Positions 26,871 through 38,289 of a DNA stretch of 64,000 nucleotides are shown piece by piece. This DNA is from Octopus sinensis (taxonomy: Eukaryota): contig NC_043009.1 in assembly GCF_006345805.1 (NCBI RefSeq), positions 42,904,001 to 42,968,000 on the forward strand. The letters are read 5' to 3'. Each line of letters opens with the position of its first letter. Position 1 is the first letter of the stretch. A program made the translations under genes and the position numbers. Under the pieces are notes generated by a model that worked only from the letters and a program-made list of their open reading frames with translations, was not told where the DNA came from and searched no databases.

Positions 26871-27068
26871 TCATCATCATCATCATCATCATCATCGTCG
26901 TCGTCATCATCATCATCAACATTTGATGTCTGTTCTCCATGCTGGCAAGGACTGGCAGAAATTGGCAAGGCCAGAGGCCACACCAAGTTCCATAGTCTGT
27001 TTTGGCTAGGATTCTATAGCTGGATGCCCTTCCTAACACCAACCACTTTACAGAGTGCACTGGGGTCT

Positions 27069-27075
<7 letters not shown>
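26871..27075 (-). mobile_element. SINE-like family C
   Basis: (CAT)n tail then ctggatgcccttcctaacaccaaccac on the plus strand. Confidence 0.8.
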
Positions 27076-27120
<45 letters not shown>

Positions 27121-27667
27121 TATATATGCATATATACATACATATATGTACATACCTACATATTTATATATACACATACATATATGGGTACAGGACACCA
27201 AAAAATGTGATCAACATGAAAAACAAAAACATGGAAAATGAACTTTTTTCAAACAATGACAGAAAGAAACAGAGAAACAAGAGAGGTGACATAAAGAATA
27301 ATCCCTTCTACAGTTGTTCCCTTGTTTTATTTACTCCGCATTTTGAACGCTTGGGACTATATATAATTCTACTAATCTTTTATTTACCAGCTCTGCTCTT
27401 CTATCAACACGACTACATATAGCATTCCATTACACCAACATCATCAACACCAACACCAACGCAAGCACCAGTGCAACCACTGCTAATACCAACACCACCA
27501 TCAGCAATGTTGTCACAAATGCATCCACCAAAAAACCACCACCATCAATACCATCACCACAAAACCAACACCACCACTAAAACTAGCATCAACACAAGGG
27601 CCCCCCCCACCACCACCAGTACGAATGACAACAACACACCCAAGACCATCACCAGCATGACCACTAG

Positions 27668-27885
27668 CCATCCAAGAATTTGGACCTGGAGATCTCCATT
27701 TCCAGCGACTTCGAGGGCCACCTCTCAGTGGTGTCGGGCGTCAACGAAGTGAACCCTTGACTACAACAAGACGACCAAAGTTTTTTTTTCTTTCCAAGGC
27801 CTGGGGTCTCCTGCCCCTAAGCCCTAGACCATCACCTAATCACTCTTACCCGTCTTGATGCTTAACAACAACAACAACAACCAAC
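27668..27885 (+). mobile_element. Short (about 210 bp) retroposon family D with (AAC)n tail
   Basis: Homologous to 52081-52286 (-); flanked by an imperfect 36-bp direct repeat (27631-27666 / 27890-27925). Confidence 0.75.
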
Positions 27886-28039
27886 GGCAACAATACACCC
27901 AACACCATCACCGGCATGACCACTAACACCAACTCACTACACCATCAACATCCCATCAAACACTACCATTATCACCACTACACTAGTACTACCACTACCT
28001 CAACGCTAATACTACCGTCACCTCTACTTGCACTACCTC

Positions 28040-28640
28040 TGCAATCAATACCACCAGCACCACCATCACTGCCACCACCACCACCATCATCGTTGACACA
28101 ACCATCGTCACCACCACCACCATCATCGTTGACACAACCATCATATACACCACCACCATCACTGTCACCACCACCACCACCACCATCATCGTTGACACAA
28201 CCATCGTCAACACCACCACCATCACTGCCACCACCACCACCACCATCATCGTTGACACAACCATCGTCAACACCACCACCATCACTGTCACCACCACCAC
28301 CACCACCACCATCATCGTTGACACAACCATCGTCAACACCAACACCATCACTGCCACCACACCACCACCATCATCGTTGACACAACCATCGTCAACACCA
28401 CCACCGTCACTGCCACCACCACCACCACCATCATCGTTGACACAACCATCGTCAACACAACCACCATCACTGCCACCACCACCACCACCATCATCGTTGA
28501 CACAACCATCGTCAACACCACCACCATCACTGCCACCACCACCACCACCATCATCGTTGACACAACCATCGTCAACACCACCACCATCACCACCACCACT
28601 ACCGCCGCCGCCACCACCATCGCCGTCACCACCACCACCA
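28040..28640. repeat. Minisatellite, unit about 54-63 bp, roughly 9 copies
   Basis: (CCA)n-tcatcGTTGACacaaccatcGTCAACaccaccaccatcactg repeated. Confidence 0.92.
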
Positions 28641-29139
28641 CCACCAACACCACCAACAACAACAACAACTGCCACTGTTTCATAATGAGAAGACATTTTA
28701 TTAGCCAAAGTAGAGCCACTCCCATTAAATCTGCATTTGATTTACAACAGACATTGCAACAACAACAACAACAATAGCAACAACAACAACAACAGCAACC
28801 AAAACTTCTAATCAATCTTAAAATTACTCCTGCCTTAATTAATTACCAATTAAACATTACATAAAATTATATATGCCTTTCGAAAATGACATGCATGGAG
28901 TATTTTGGGTTTACTTATTGATGGAGCTCTTGTCGGTGGTTGTTATTGTTGTTGTAGCTGTTGTTAATTGCTGTTGTTAATTATGATGATGGAAGTACTG
29001 GGTGTGCATGGGATTTGTTTTGTTTTTTGTTGTGTTTGTTTTGTTTTGTTGTACTTTTTGCATGTTCTACACGTAATTTCATTGTTTGTACATCGCAGCC
29101 ATAATCACCTTTGTCTCACAGTAATTAGAGTAATATACA

Positions 29140-29850
29140 GAGAGAGTGATGGTGGGGATGGTGGTGATGGTGGTGGTGGTGGTGGTGGTGGTGGTGGCAG
29201 TGGTACTGATGATGGTGGTGTTGACGGTGGTCATGGTGGTAGTAGTGGAAGTGGTGGTTATCATGGTGGTAGTGGTGGCAGTGGTCGTGGTGGTGGTTGC
29301 AGTGATGGTGGTTGTTGTGGTGGTTTTGGTGGTGGTGGTAGTGGAAGTATTGATGTGGGTGGAGGAGATAACAGGCAATTCAGAGGTGGTGGTAGCTGTG
29401 GTAGTGGTGATGGTGGTGACGGTGGTGGTGGTAGTTGCAGTGGTGGTGGTGGTTGTAATGGTGATGGGGGACGATGTGATATAGATAGCACAACAATGCA
29501 GAGGTGGTAGTGATAGTGGTGGTGGTGGTGGTGGTGGTGGTGGTGGTATTGTTGGTGGTGGTGGTGGTGGTGATTGCAGTGGTGGTAGTGCTGGTGGTTG
29601 TAATGGTGATGGAGGACGAGGTGACATAGACAGCACAACAATACAACAATGCAGAGGTAGTAGTGATGGTGGTGGTGGTAATGATGGTGGTAATGGTAGT
29701 GGTGATAGTGGTGGTGGTCGTCGGCGTCGTTGCAGTGGTGATGGTGGTGGTTGTAATGGTGATGGGGGACAAGGTGACATAGACAGCACAACAATGCAGA
29801 AGTGGTAGTGATGGTGCAGTGGTAATTGCAAGGAGTGGGAGTGGTGGAGG
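29140..29850. repeat. (GGT)n-rich block with three gtgacatagacagcacaacaatgcag-like subrepeats
   Basis: Subrepeats near 29470, 29600 and 29770. Confidence 0.85.
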
Positions 29851-30231
29851 AGCGGGGTCAATACTACATGTTTTAGAAAACAATGTTACATGAGTAGGTA
29901 CATCTATTTGCGTTTACCCCTGACTCGTTCATCACTGATCTGTGATACTGCAGCATGCTCAATTGTGGACCACGTTTCTTTTACCACAAATTGATCTGCG
30001 ATAACAAGGCTCAGTGGTCAGTCGAAGATTCTGCTTAGTCAGCAAAAATGTCCCCCAACAATTATCCACAATGCTCAGTTACACAGAAGGAATTGATTAT
30101 TGCTTGTGTTTACATCACTCCACTGTGTAGCTGTGTATTTTTGATACAGATTTACTTACAGCTATCCATCCACATGCTACCAGTGAACAAAAATACAAAG
30201 TTATCCAATTCTGACAAATGACACTATATGT

Positions 30232-30424
30232 TACTCTCTTTTACTTGTTTCAGTCATTTGACTGCAGCCATGCTGGAGCACTGCCTTTAGTCGAGCAAAT
30301 CGACCCTGGGACTTATTCTTTGTAAGCCTAGTACTTATTCTATCGGTCTCTTTTGCCAAACCACTAAGTGACGGGGACGTAAACACACCAGCATCGGTTG
30401 TCAAGCAATGCTAGGGGGACAAAC

Positions 30425-30487
<63 letters not shown>

Positions 30488-30647
30488 TATGACGGGCTTC
30501 TTTCAGTTTCCGTCTACCAAATCCACTCACAAGGCATTGGTCGGCCCGGGGCTATAGCAGAAGATACTTGCCCAAGATGCCACACAGTGGGACTGAACCC
30601 GGAACCATGTGGTTGGTAAGCAAGCTACCACACAGCCACTCCTGTGC
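30232..30647 (-). mobile_element. SINE family A, full length
   Basis: Near-consensus reverse-complement copy. Confidence 0.92.
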
Positions 30648-30666
30648 TTAAAAAGTAGGCTTTCCC

Positions 30667-30738
30667 GTACGCCTGGGACTCGAATCCACACCTCTTTGGT
30701 TATGCGACTAAGTGTGCTACCGATTACACCAGCGAACT
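30667..30738 (-). pseudogene. Degenerate tRNA-like gene (Met-like CAT loop)
   Basis: A box TGGTGTAATCGG, D stem GTGT/GCAC, B-box-like GGATTCGAGTCC, partly paired acceptor stem, loop CGCATAA, and TTTTT about 12 nt downstream. Anticodon and T stems have mismatches. Confidence 0.55.
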
Positions 30739-30879
30739 AACCTGTTATTAAATTTTACATTAAATATTATCTCAATCATGAAACAATATCATTATGTGAT
30801 TTTAAAAAACAGTTTGGAGGTGTTATTTGGTTAAGTTAAGTGGACAATTTGGGACCTCAGAATGAAACCCTTCATTTTG

Positions 30880-31593
30880 CACTTTCCCTGTTGGCCACAT
30901 TTAGCACCTTCAGACTTCCATGAAAATACAGCTCAAACATTGTTGTTTTAACACCATGAGAACCATACGAGTGAGATCGGGGCCAGAGAAACAAGCTAGC
31001 CTCCGAGCCGATGGCACGTTAAAAACACCATTCGAGCGTGATTGTTACCTGCGTTGCCTAATAACACTTGTACTAGTGGCACGTGAAAAAACATTTGAGC
31101 GAGGTCGTTGCCAGTGCTGCTGGACTGGCTACTGTGCAGGTGGCACATAAAAAGCACCATTTCAGCATGGCCATTGCCAGTACCGCCTGACTGGCCCTTG
31201 TGCCAGTAGCGCGTAAAAGCACCCACTACACTCTCGGAGTGGTTGGCATTAGGAAAGGCATCCAGCTGTAGAAACTCTGCCAGATCAGATTGGAGTGTGG
31301 TGCAGCCATCTGGTTCACCAGCCCTCAGTCAAATCGTCCAACCCATGCTAGCATGGAAAGTGGACGTTAAATGACGATGATGATGATGTTGAGATCCAGA
31401 GCGAATCGAAGAAGGTCCTCAACTTGCTTTCAGAAAACGACTTCCAGGCTGAATTCCAAAAGTGGCAGGAATTCTGGGACTGGTGTATTGCTGCATAAAG
31501 TGACTATTTGGAAGAAGAGGATGTTAAAACTTGGGTAAATAAGTTATTTTTTATTAAACATAACTAGTCCTGGAATATTTTGACACCACCATG
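30880..31593 (+). pseudogene. Mariner transposase C-terminal relic split by a family C insertion
   Basis: HFPCWPHLAPSDF..MKIQLKH..FNT (30880-30958) resumes as VEIQSESKKVL..L.ENDFQ.EFQKWQ.FWD.CIAA*SDY (31388 on); TIR-like end gtcctggaatattttgacaccaccatgTA. Confidence 0.75.
30955..31387 (+). mobile_element. SINE-like family C
   Basis: Subrepeats, ggaaaggcatccagctgtagaaac and (GAT)n tail. Confidence 0.85.
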
Positions 31594-32041
31594 TATTCTT
31601 TTTATTGTTTTGTCTCTGATTCATTTAACGCAAAGTTGTTTTGGAACCAAACACCTGTGATAAACAAAGAGAAGTAAATATAATGATGGAGCTTGAGTCA
31701 GTGTTGATGATTGAGGTTCCATTTGCTTGATCAAGAGAACAAACTACCACAGTACAAATGGGTGAGGCTTCCATTAAGAGAATGATTCTAAAAGGGATAA
31801 TGGCACCTAATATATTCTACAGCCATTGATGATCATGGACCACCATGCCAAAGCCTGAAGATTCATTGTTCTTTTTTGGAAAGTTATGAGTGTAGTTTCC
31901 TGAAATCCCCTTTATTCCAGAAAACCAGTGAATCATGCGTGTCATGATTATAAATCATCTAATGAGAGAAGGCCCTCTCTGGTGATGAAAAACAACAGCA
32001 ATCAGATATTGCAGTTCAAATTTGTCAGAATGCATTACGAA

Positions 32042-32225
32042 TACTTTCTACTGTAAGCACACGACGTGATATTTCATGAGAGGATGTTAGTCAATTACAT
32101 CGACTTCAGTACTCAATTAGTATTTATTTTATCGACACCCCACAAAAAGATGAAATGTAAAGTCAGCCTCAGTGGAATTTGAACTCAGAATGTAAAGCTA
32201 GAAGAAATGCCACTGAGCATTTTGT
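32042..32225 (-). mobile_element. SINE family B, degraded
   Basis: Reverse complement ttctgagttcaaattccactgaggctgactttacatttcatc. Confidence 0.7.
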
Positions 32226-33479
32226 CCGGTGTGGTGTTAGTGGTGGTGGGGGGTGCAGTGGTGACGGTGGGGGGTGCAGTGGTGATGGTGGTGGTTGTAA
32301 GAGGGAATAGATATGTTATCATTTGGAGTCTCCGTGATGTACATGCATCCTATGAAGTATTATCTGTTTGGCAGACATCAGAATGCTGCATTAGCAAATT
32401 GTTTGTTTACTGATTCCTATAAACAAGAGCTCATGTTCTTGTTAGATTCATCAGTCTAGCAAGGTAGCTTCAACCGAGAAAACATACAACAAAGTCGAAA
32501 CATCATTGTATCTCAAAGTCCCCTTACACTGGGAAACTGGTGAATCATGTGTGTAATGCACACACATTGCTTAAAGGGAGGTGTTCTCTGATGAGGAAAA
32601 ACAAGAATAGTCAAATATTTATGTTCCAGTCTGCCAGAATGTATTGAGAATGAATAGATACATTATTGATTGCATTCTCACTGTTCTGTATGCACCCCTT
32701 GAATTATTCCCTATTGGTTTATTTACTGCTTAGTCTTTTAGTCCTCTGCTCTCCCAAGATTACTCTTAAGGTAGAGGGCCTATTTAACCTTTAGGTAGAG
32801 GCACTAGTTCATGTGGCATCAGGGCATATCTACACACTTGTGGGCCTGTGTAATACATGCCTAGGGCCCAGCCCTCCCACGAGTCCTGTATATCTTAGCC
32901 AAAGGATCATCTGCAATTTGACTAAGTCAGAGCCAGAGTAAATCTGGGAGTAATGGTGACTAACATCAGACTCCTTGAAATTTCAGACCTTCTGAGATGA
33001 AGCCATATCACTAGATTCTGTATAATATTTGACCCTAGACAATAATTAGCAGCACTACCACACGTTTTCTGCAACCCAGGTTGATGTACTATCAATTACA
33101 CCAAAGTGACCCTCCATTTTTCTTCCATCAAATTAAAGGCTTTAAACTTACTAGTGAAAGTGAGAAGACAAATGCAGAAACAACAAGAAGTATGTATATA
33201 AGTACTGTGATAGGTTAATGTCATGTTGATATAAACTGTATAAGTGAGATTGCAGAAACAGCAAAACTTGTCTCCAAACACCAGAAGAGCAATAAATTTA
33301 TTCTTTATTCATTAGTTTCTGTATCTACAGAGCTCTTGTCTAGTGGAATTATACTAAACAGCTGTCATTAAGTGCAGAAAAATTTACCGCCTAAATTGTC
33401 AGCTGAGTCCATAGTGAGGACAACACTCTAGTATTCTTTATGTATGTATTTATTAACTTGTTCATAATATCGTATTTGA

Positions 33480-33676
33480 AATCATCATCATTGCCATTGT
33501 CATCGTCATCATCATCATCATCATCATCATCGGGGTCATTATTGTCATCGTCACCATCACCATCACCACCATCATCATCATGATTGGTGTCATTGTCATC
33601 GTCATCATCACCGCCATCTTATCATCATCATTCTTCTCATTATCGGCAGTAGTGGCAGCTTCATCATTATCTTCAC

Positions 33677-33709
<33 letters not shown>

Positions 33710-33793
33710 GTCATCATCATCATCATCATAAGTCATCATCATCATCGTCATTGTTGTCTTTTAATCAGCACTGCCATCATCATCATCATCACC

Positions 33794-33824
<31 letters not shown>

Positions 33825-34018
33825 CCATCATCAACAACAACAACAACAGCATTATTGTTATCATCTCTTTACTATCATCACCATCATAATTATAATTGTC
33901 CACATCGCCTTCATAATCATCATCATCACCATCATCAACAACAACAACAACAGCATTATTGTTATCATCTCTTTACTATCATCACCATCATAATTATAAT
34001 TGTCCACATCGCCTTCAT

Positions 34019-34049
<31 letters not shown>

Positions 34050-34075
34050 TCATCATGACCATCATCCTCATCAAT
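33480..34075. repeat. (CAT)n/(CAA)n block with an internal duplication of about 110 bp
   Basis: caacaacaacagcattattgttatcatctctttactatcatcacc...gtccacatcgccttcataatc occurs twice. Confidence 0.85.
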
Positions 34076-34503
34076 ATTCTATACAATAAAAGAATTTGAT
34101 TAGCAGAAACACATGCAATTAAAATAGAATTTGGTGACAGTTTGTCATTCTTCAAATCTTTTGTTTGACAAACAAAACTATTACAGTGTGTGTGTGTGTG
34201 TGTATGTGTGTGTGTGTGTGAGTGTGTTTTATTCATGTTTATGTGTGTGGATGTGTGTGTGCTTGTGCACCTGTGTGTATATATATATCCATGTGTGTAC
34301 ATGAATTTATGCATATCTGAGCATGTTCACATCAATATGTGCATGTTTGTGTGTATGTATATGTAGGCATGTAAGAATGGTCTTTGATCACCATGTAGCA
34401 TAATAGAAAGATTCCCGCTAGAAACATCAGTAAACTATTTAGATTTCTGTTCAAACTACTGATATTCCAGTCTTCGTCTATGTATATCAGGGTAAGGTGG
34501 TTC

Positions 34504-34705
34504 TTGGAGCTTAGACTAAGTATCACAAAGCATCATTTTTAAATTCAACATTATGTAACTGAACAAGAGTACATTATTTTCATTATTTACATTTGACGAA
34601 TATTTGGAGCTTAGACTAAGTATCACAAAGCATCATTTTTAAATTCAACATTATGTAACTGAACAAGAGTACATTATTTTCATTATTTACATTTGACGAA
34701 TATTT
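34504..34705. repeat. Exact 100-bp tandem duplication
   Basis: ttggagcttagactaag...gacgaatat at 34504 and 34604. Confidence 0.92.
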
Positions 34706-35016
34706 GTCCTCATCTTGCTTGTTGTTAACACAACGTTTTGGCTGATATACCCTCCAACCTTCATCATGCGTCTTGGGGACATTTCGAACCTGGGTTCTCA
34801 ATCTTCGTGATCAGAGATGCACATATCTGCCACTAAGGGACATGCTCAACTGGTTACGGTCAAACAACTGACAAGCAAATCTGTAGTATTGAGCAGAATA
34901 TTTACTGTAGACCATCTTTTATACCAAGACAAAACAATGTACATGATAACACTTCCAATCAGTTAAGATCAGAAGCCATGAGAGCCCCTGTCTGGTACTA
35001 CATATTATTATTATTA

Positions 35017-35080
<64 letters not shown>

Positions 35081-35094
35081 CATCATTATTATTA

Positions 35095-35155
<61 letters not shown>

Positions 35156-35500
35156 TCACTACCTGGAATCAAACTCGAAATCTTGGGGTTAGTAGCCTGC
35201 GCTCTTAACCATTACACCCATGGGCATATGGCACAGTGGTTAAGAGTGCGGGCTACTAACCCCAAGATTCTGAGTTCAATTCCAGGCAGTGACCTGAATG
35301 ATAATAATAATAATAATAATAACATTGAAAAATACCTTAGGAATGAGAACCTAGGTTTGAAAGTTCCCCAAGACACCTGATGAAGGCTGGAGGGTATATC
35401 AGCTGTTGTGTTAAACAAGATGAGGACAAATATCCAACAAATGTAAATAACGTAAATAATGTACATAATTCCTCATCTCTTAAATACAGGACTGTATAAG
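34660..35500. mobile_element. Head-to-head composite: tRNA-derived heads, (AAT)n and hammerhead-like family H tails
   Basis: Inverted tRNA-like heads at 35150-35221 (-) and 35228-35299 (+); each is followed by (AAT)n and, further out, a family H copy. Confidence 0.65.
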
Positions 35501-35569
35501 CAAGAGCATGTATAACATATGTCTTCCCTCTTTCTAGCTGTTTCATAAAAAAGGACAAAGGAAATTAAA

Positions 35570-36135
35570 CAGGAGTGGCTGTGTGGTGAGTAGCTTGCTA
35601 ACCAACCACATAGTTACGGGTTCAGTCCCACTGCGTGGCATCTTGGGCAAGTGTCTTCTGCTATAGCCCTGGGCCGACCAATGCCTTGTGAGTGGATTTG
35701 GTAGATGGAAACTGAAAGAAGCCTGTCGTATATATGTATATATATGTATGTATGTGTGTGTATGTGTTTGTGTGTCTGTGTGTCTGTGTTTGTCCCCCTA
35801 GCATTCCTTGACAACCGATGCTGGTGTGCTTAGGTCCCCGTCACTTAGCAGTTTGGCAAAAGAGACCGATAGAATAGAGACCGTATATATGTATATATAT
35901 ATGTATGTATGCGTGTGTATGTGTTTGTGTGTCTGTGTTTGTCCCCCTAGCATTGCTTGACAACCAATGCTGGTGTGTTTACGTCCCTGTCACTTAGCGG
36001 TTCGGCAAAAGAGAATGATAGAATAAATACTGAGCTTACAAAGAATAAGTCCCGGGGTCGATTTGCTCGACTAAAGGCGGTGCTCCAGCATGGCCGCAGT
36101 CAAATGATTGAAACAAGTAAAAGAGTAAAAGAGTA
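35570..36135 (+). mobile_element. SINE family A with internal duplication of about 155 bp
   Basis: The microsatellite-to-gatagaata segment occurs twice (about 35725-35876 and 35882-36026). Confidence 0.88.
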
Positions 36136-36289
36136 AGACCAATGAAAACAAAGCAAAAATCATGGTTGTGATATGGAGCAAAATGTACGGCATATCAGGG
36201 CTCAGCTTCAATGAAACTGATATGCTGTATGATGAGAAATAGACTCAATATACTGAAGCCAAGCAAACAATAAAATGCTGGCATTCCAT

Positions 36290-36715
36290 CGGTTATAATG
36301 GTGTAGTTTCCAGTTGATCCAATCAAGAAAACATGCAAATGGCCTGAGCACTACAGACACATGTAGTCAACATGTGGTTCTCAGGGATATTCAGCATGGT
36401 GCTGAGTGGGATAAATCTGGCCATTTGAATACAAGTACTACTCATTTGTATTAGCTGAGTGGAGTGGAGCAATGTGCAAATGGCTGAGCACTCCAGACAC
36501 ATGTAGTCAACATGTGGTCCTCAGGGATATTCAGCATGGCACTGAGTGGGATAAAGCTGGCCATTTGAATACGAGTACTACTAATTTGTACTAGCTGAGT
36601 GGAGTGAAGCAATGTGAAGTAAAATATCTTGCTCAAAGATACAATGTACCTCCAGGTATTGAACTCACAACCTTATGATTGTGAGCCAAATACACTAAGC
36701 ACTTAGCCATGTGCC
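36290..36715 (-). mobile_element. tRNA-headed SINE (family E-related) with a 141-bp tandem duplication
   Basis: Units start at 36337 and 36478; head at about 36620-36715 on the minus strand. Confidence 0.8.
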
Positions 36716-36725
36716 CTCAAAGAAT

Positions 36726-36789
<64 letters not shown>

Positions 36790-36956
36790 GATGATGATGA
36801 TGATGATGATGATGATGAAGACCACATCAATGATTTACCTTAGCTTGAAACATCAAGTTGCTTGATGCTTCTTTTTTAGCATAACAAAACGAGTAATAGC
36901 ATTTAATGTTCAACAGTCTTTATCCATGATTACATACACACAAACACACACACACA

Positions 36957-37013
<57 letters not shown>

Positions 37014-37099
37014 TATTAGAGACAAAACCACTATTTTGCAAAACAAACAAGGAAAGACTTAATCAATACATAAAATTTTAATAAATAGTCAAAAAAACG

Positions 37100-37141
37100 C
37101 CACTACAATGTTTCTTGTCTTGATCGACAATCTTCAGGTGG
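37100..37141 (-). ncRNA. Type-I hammerhead ribozyme motif (left arm)
   Basis: CCAC-CTGAAGA-TTGTC(gatcaa)GACAA-GAAAC-ATT-GTA/GTGG; one A shorter in loop III than the right-arm copy. Confidence 0.7.
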
Positions 37142-37227
37142 ACTTCCAATTTACAAGTCAGTTTCAAATTATGTTGGGGGGAACATATATATATACATAA
37201 TTTGAAACTGACTTGTAAATTGGAAGT

Positions 37228-37270
37228 CCACCTGAAGATTGTCGATCAAGACAAGAAACAATTGTAGTGG
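37228..37270 (+). ncRNA. Type-I hammerhead ribozyme motif (right arm)
   Basis: CCAC-CTGAAGA-TTGTC(gatcaa)GACAA-GAAAC-AATT-GTA/GTGG: complete core, 4-bp stem I, 5-bp stem II, palindromic ACAATTGT stem III. Confidence 0.8.
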
Positions 37271-37445
37271 CGGTTTTTTTGACTATTTATTAAAATTTTA
37301 TGTATTGATTAAGTCTTTCCTTGTTTGTTTTGCAAAATAGTGGTTTTGTCTCTAATAATATTTTATAATATTTTACTATAAAATTGGATTTAATCCTAAA
37401 TCTGATTTTTTCCCTGTAAATTTGGATTTATTCCCTAATATTTAT

Positions 37446-37498
<53 letters not shown>

Positions 37499-37500
<2 letters not shown>

Positions 37501-37905
37501 GCTGTGTGGTAAGTAGCTTGCTTACCAACCACATGGTTCTGGGTTCAGTCCCACTGCGTGGCACCTTGGGCGAGTGTCTTCTAATATAGCCTCAGGCTGA
37601 CCAAAGCCTTGTGAGTGGATTTGGTAGATGGAAACTGAAAGAAGCCTGTCGTACATATGTATATATATATGTATGTGTGTGTGTATGTGTTTGTGTGTCT
37701 GTGTTTGTTCCCCCCAACATTGCTTGACAACTGATGCTGCTGTGTTTACATCTCCGTAACTTAGCGATTCGGCAAAAGAGACTGATAGAATAAATACTAG
37801 GCTTACAAAGAATAAGTCCTGGGGTTGATTTGCTCGACTAAAAAGCCAATGCTCCAGCGTGGCCACAGTCAAATGACTGAAACAAGTAAAAGAGTAAAAG
37901 AGTAT
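37499..37905 (+). mobile_element. SINE family A
   Basis: Full-length match. Confidence 0.9.
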
Positions 37906-37944
37906 ATGTATGTGTGTGTGTGTATATATATATATATAAATATA

Positions 37945-38135
37945 TATATATAGTTGGAATTTACAAAACAACAAACAAAACAAAAGACGAAGACAGGTGT
38001 GTAAACAACAAGCAGACGTATTAGTTAAATGCTTGGGAAGTGAGAAAATCATTTACGTTTCGAGCCTACACTCTTCAACAGGAAGAAAAACAGAAATAAA
38101 CTGGAAGAGAAAATAAAAAAAGGGTTTAGTGGTGA
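37945..38135 (-). mobile_element. Penelope-like terminal fragment with variant hammerhead
   Basis: Minus strand: CTGTTGA-A-GAGT(gtag)GCTC-GAAAC-GTA at 38081-38054. Confidence 0.5.
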
Positions 38136-38289
38136 GTGATCAATCATGGCAAATACCACACATTAGATGTCAAAGTGATTGTAGAACACAACATGTGTGA
38201 TGAAGTGTTTTGCTGAAGAACATAACACACCATTCAGTCCAGTAATCAAAGCCACAATCTCATAACCATGACTGCAACACCCTAACAAC

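Larger units (their letters stand above)
37004..37367. mobile_element. Penelope-like inverted repeat (arms about 171-173 bp, 20-nt spacer) in a (TA)n tract
   Basis: 37004-37174 pairs with 37195-37367 almost perfectly; each arm carries a hammerhead. Confidence 0.85.

Noticed and set aside
27195-27400. Possible Penelope-type fragment with type-II hammerhead geometry on the minus strand
   Set aside because: Core boxes are too degraded in this copy to support the call.
28040-28640. CRISPR-like array (palindromic repeat with regular spacing)
   Set aside because: The intervening sequences are near-identical (CCA)n runs rather than unique spacers; there are no cas genes and the context is eukaryotic.
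31740-33100. Two related segments (about 31915-32040 and 32530-32655) and adjacent moderately GC-rich sequence, suspected LINE relics
   Set aside because: No diagnostic RT or endonuclease motif was recoverable by eye.
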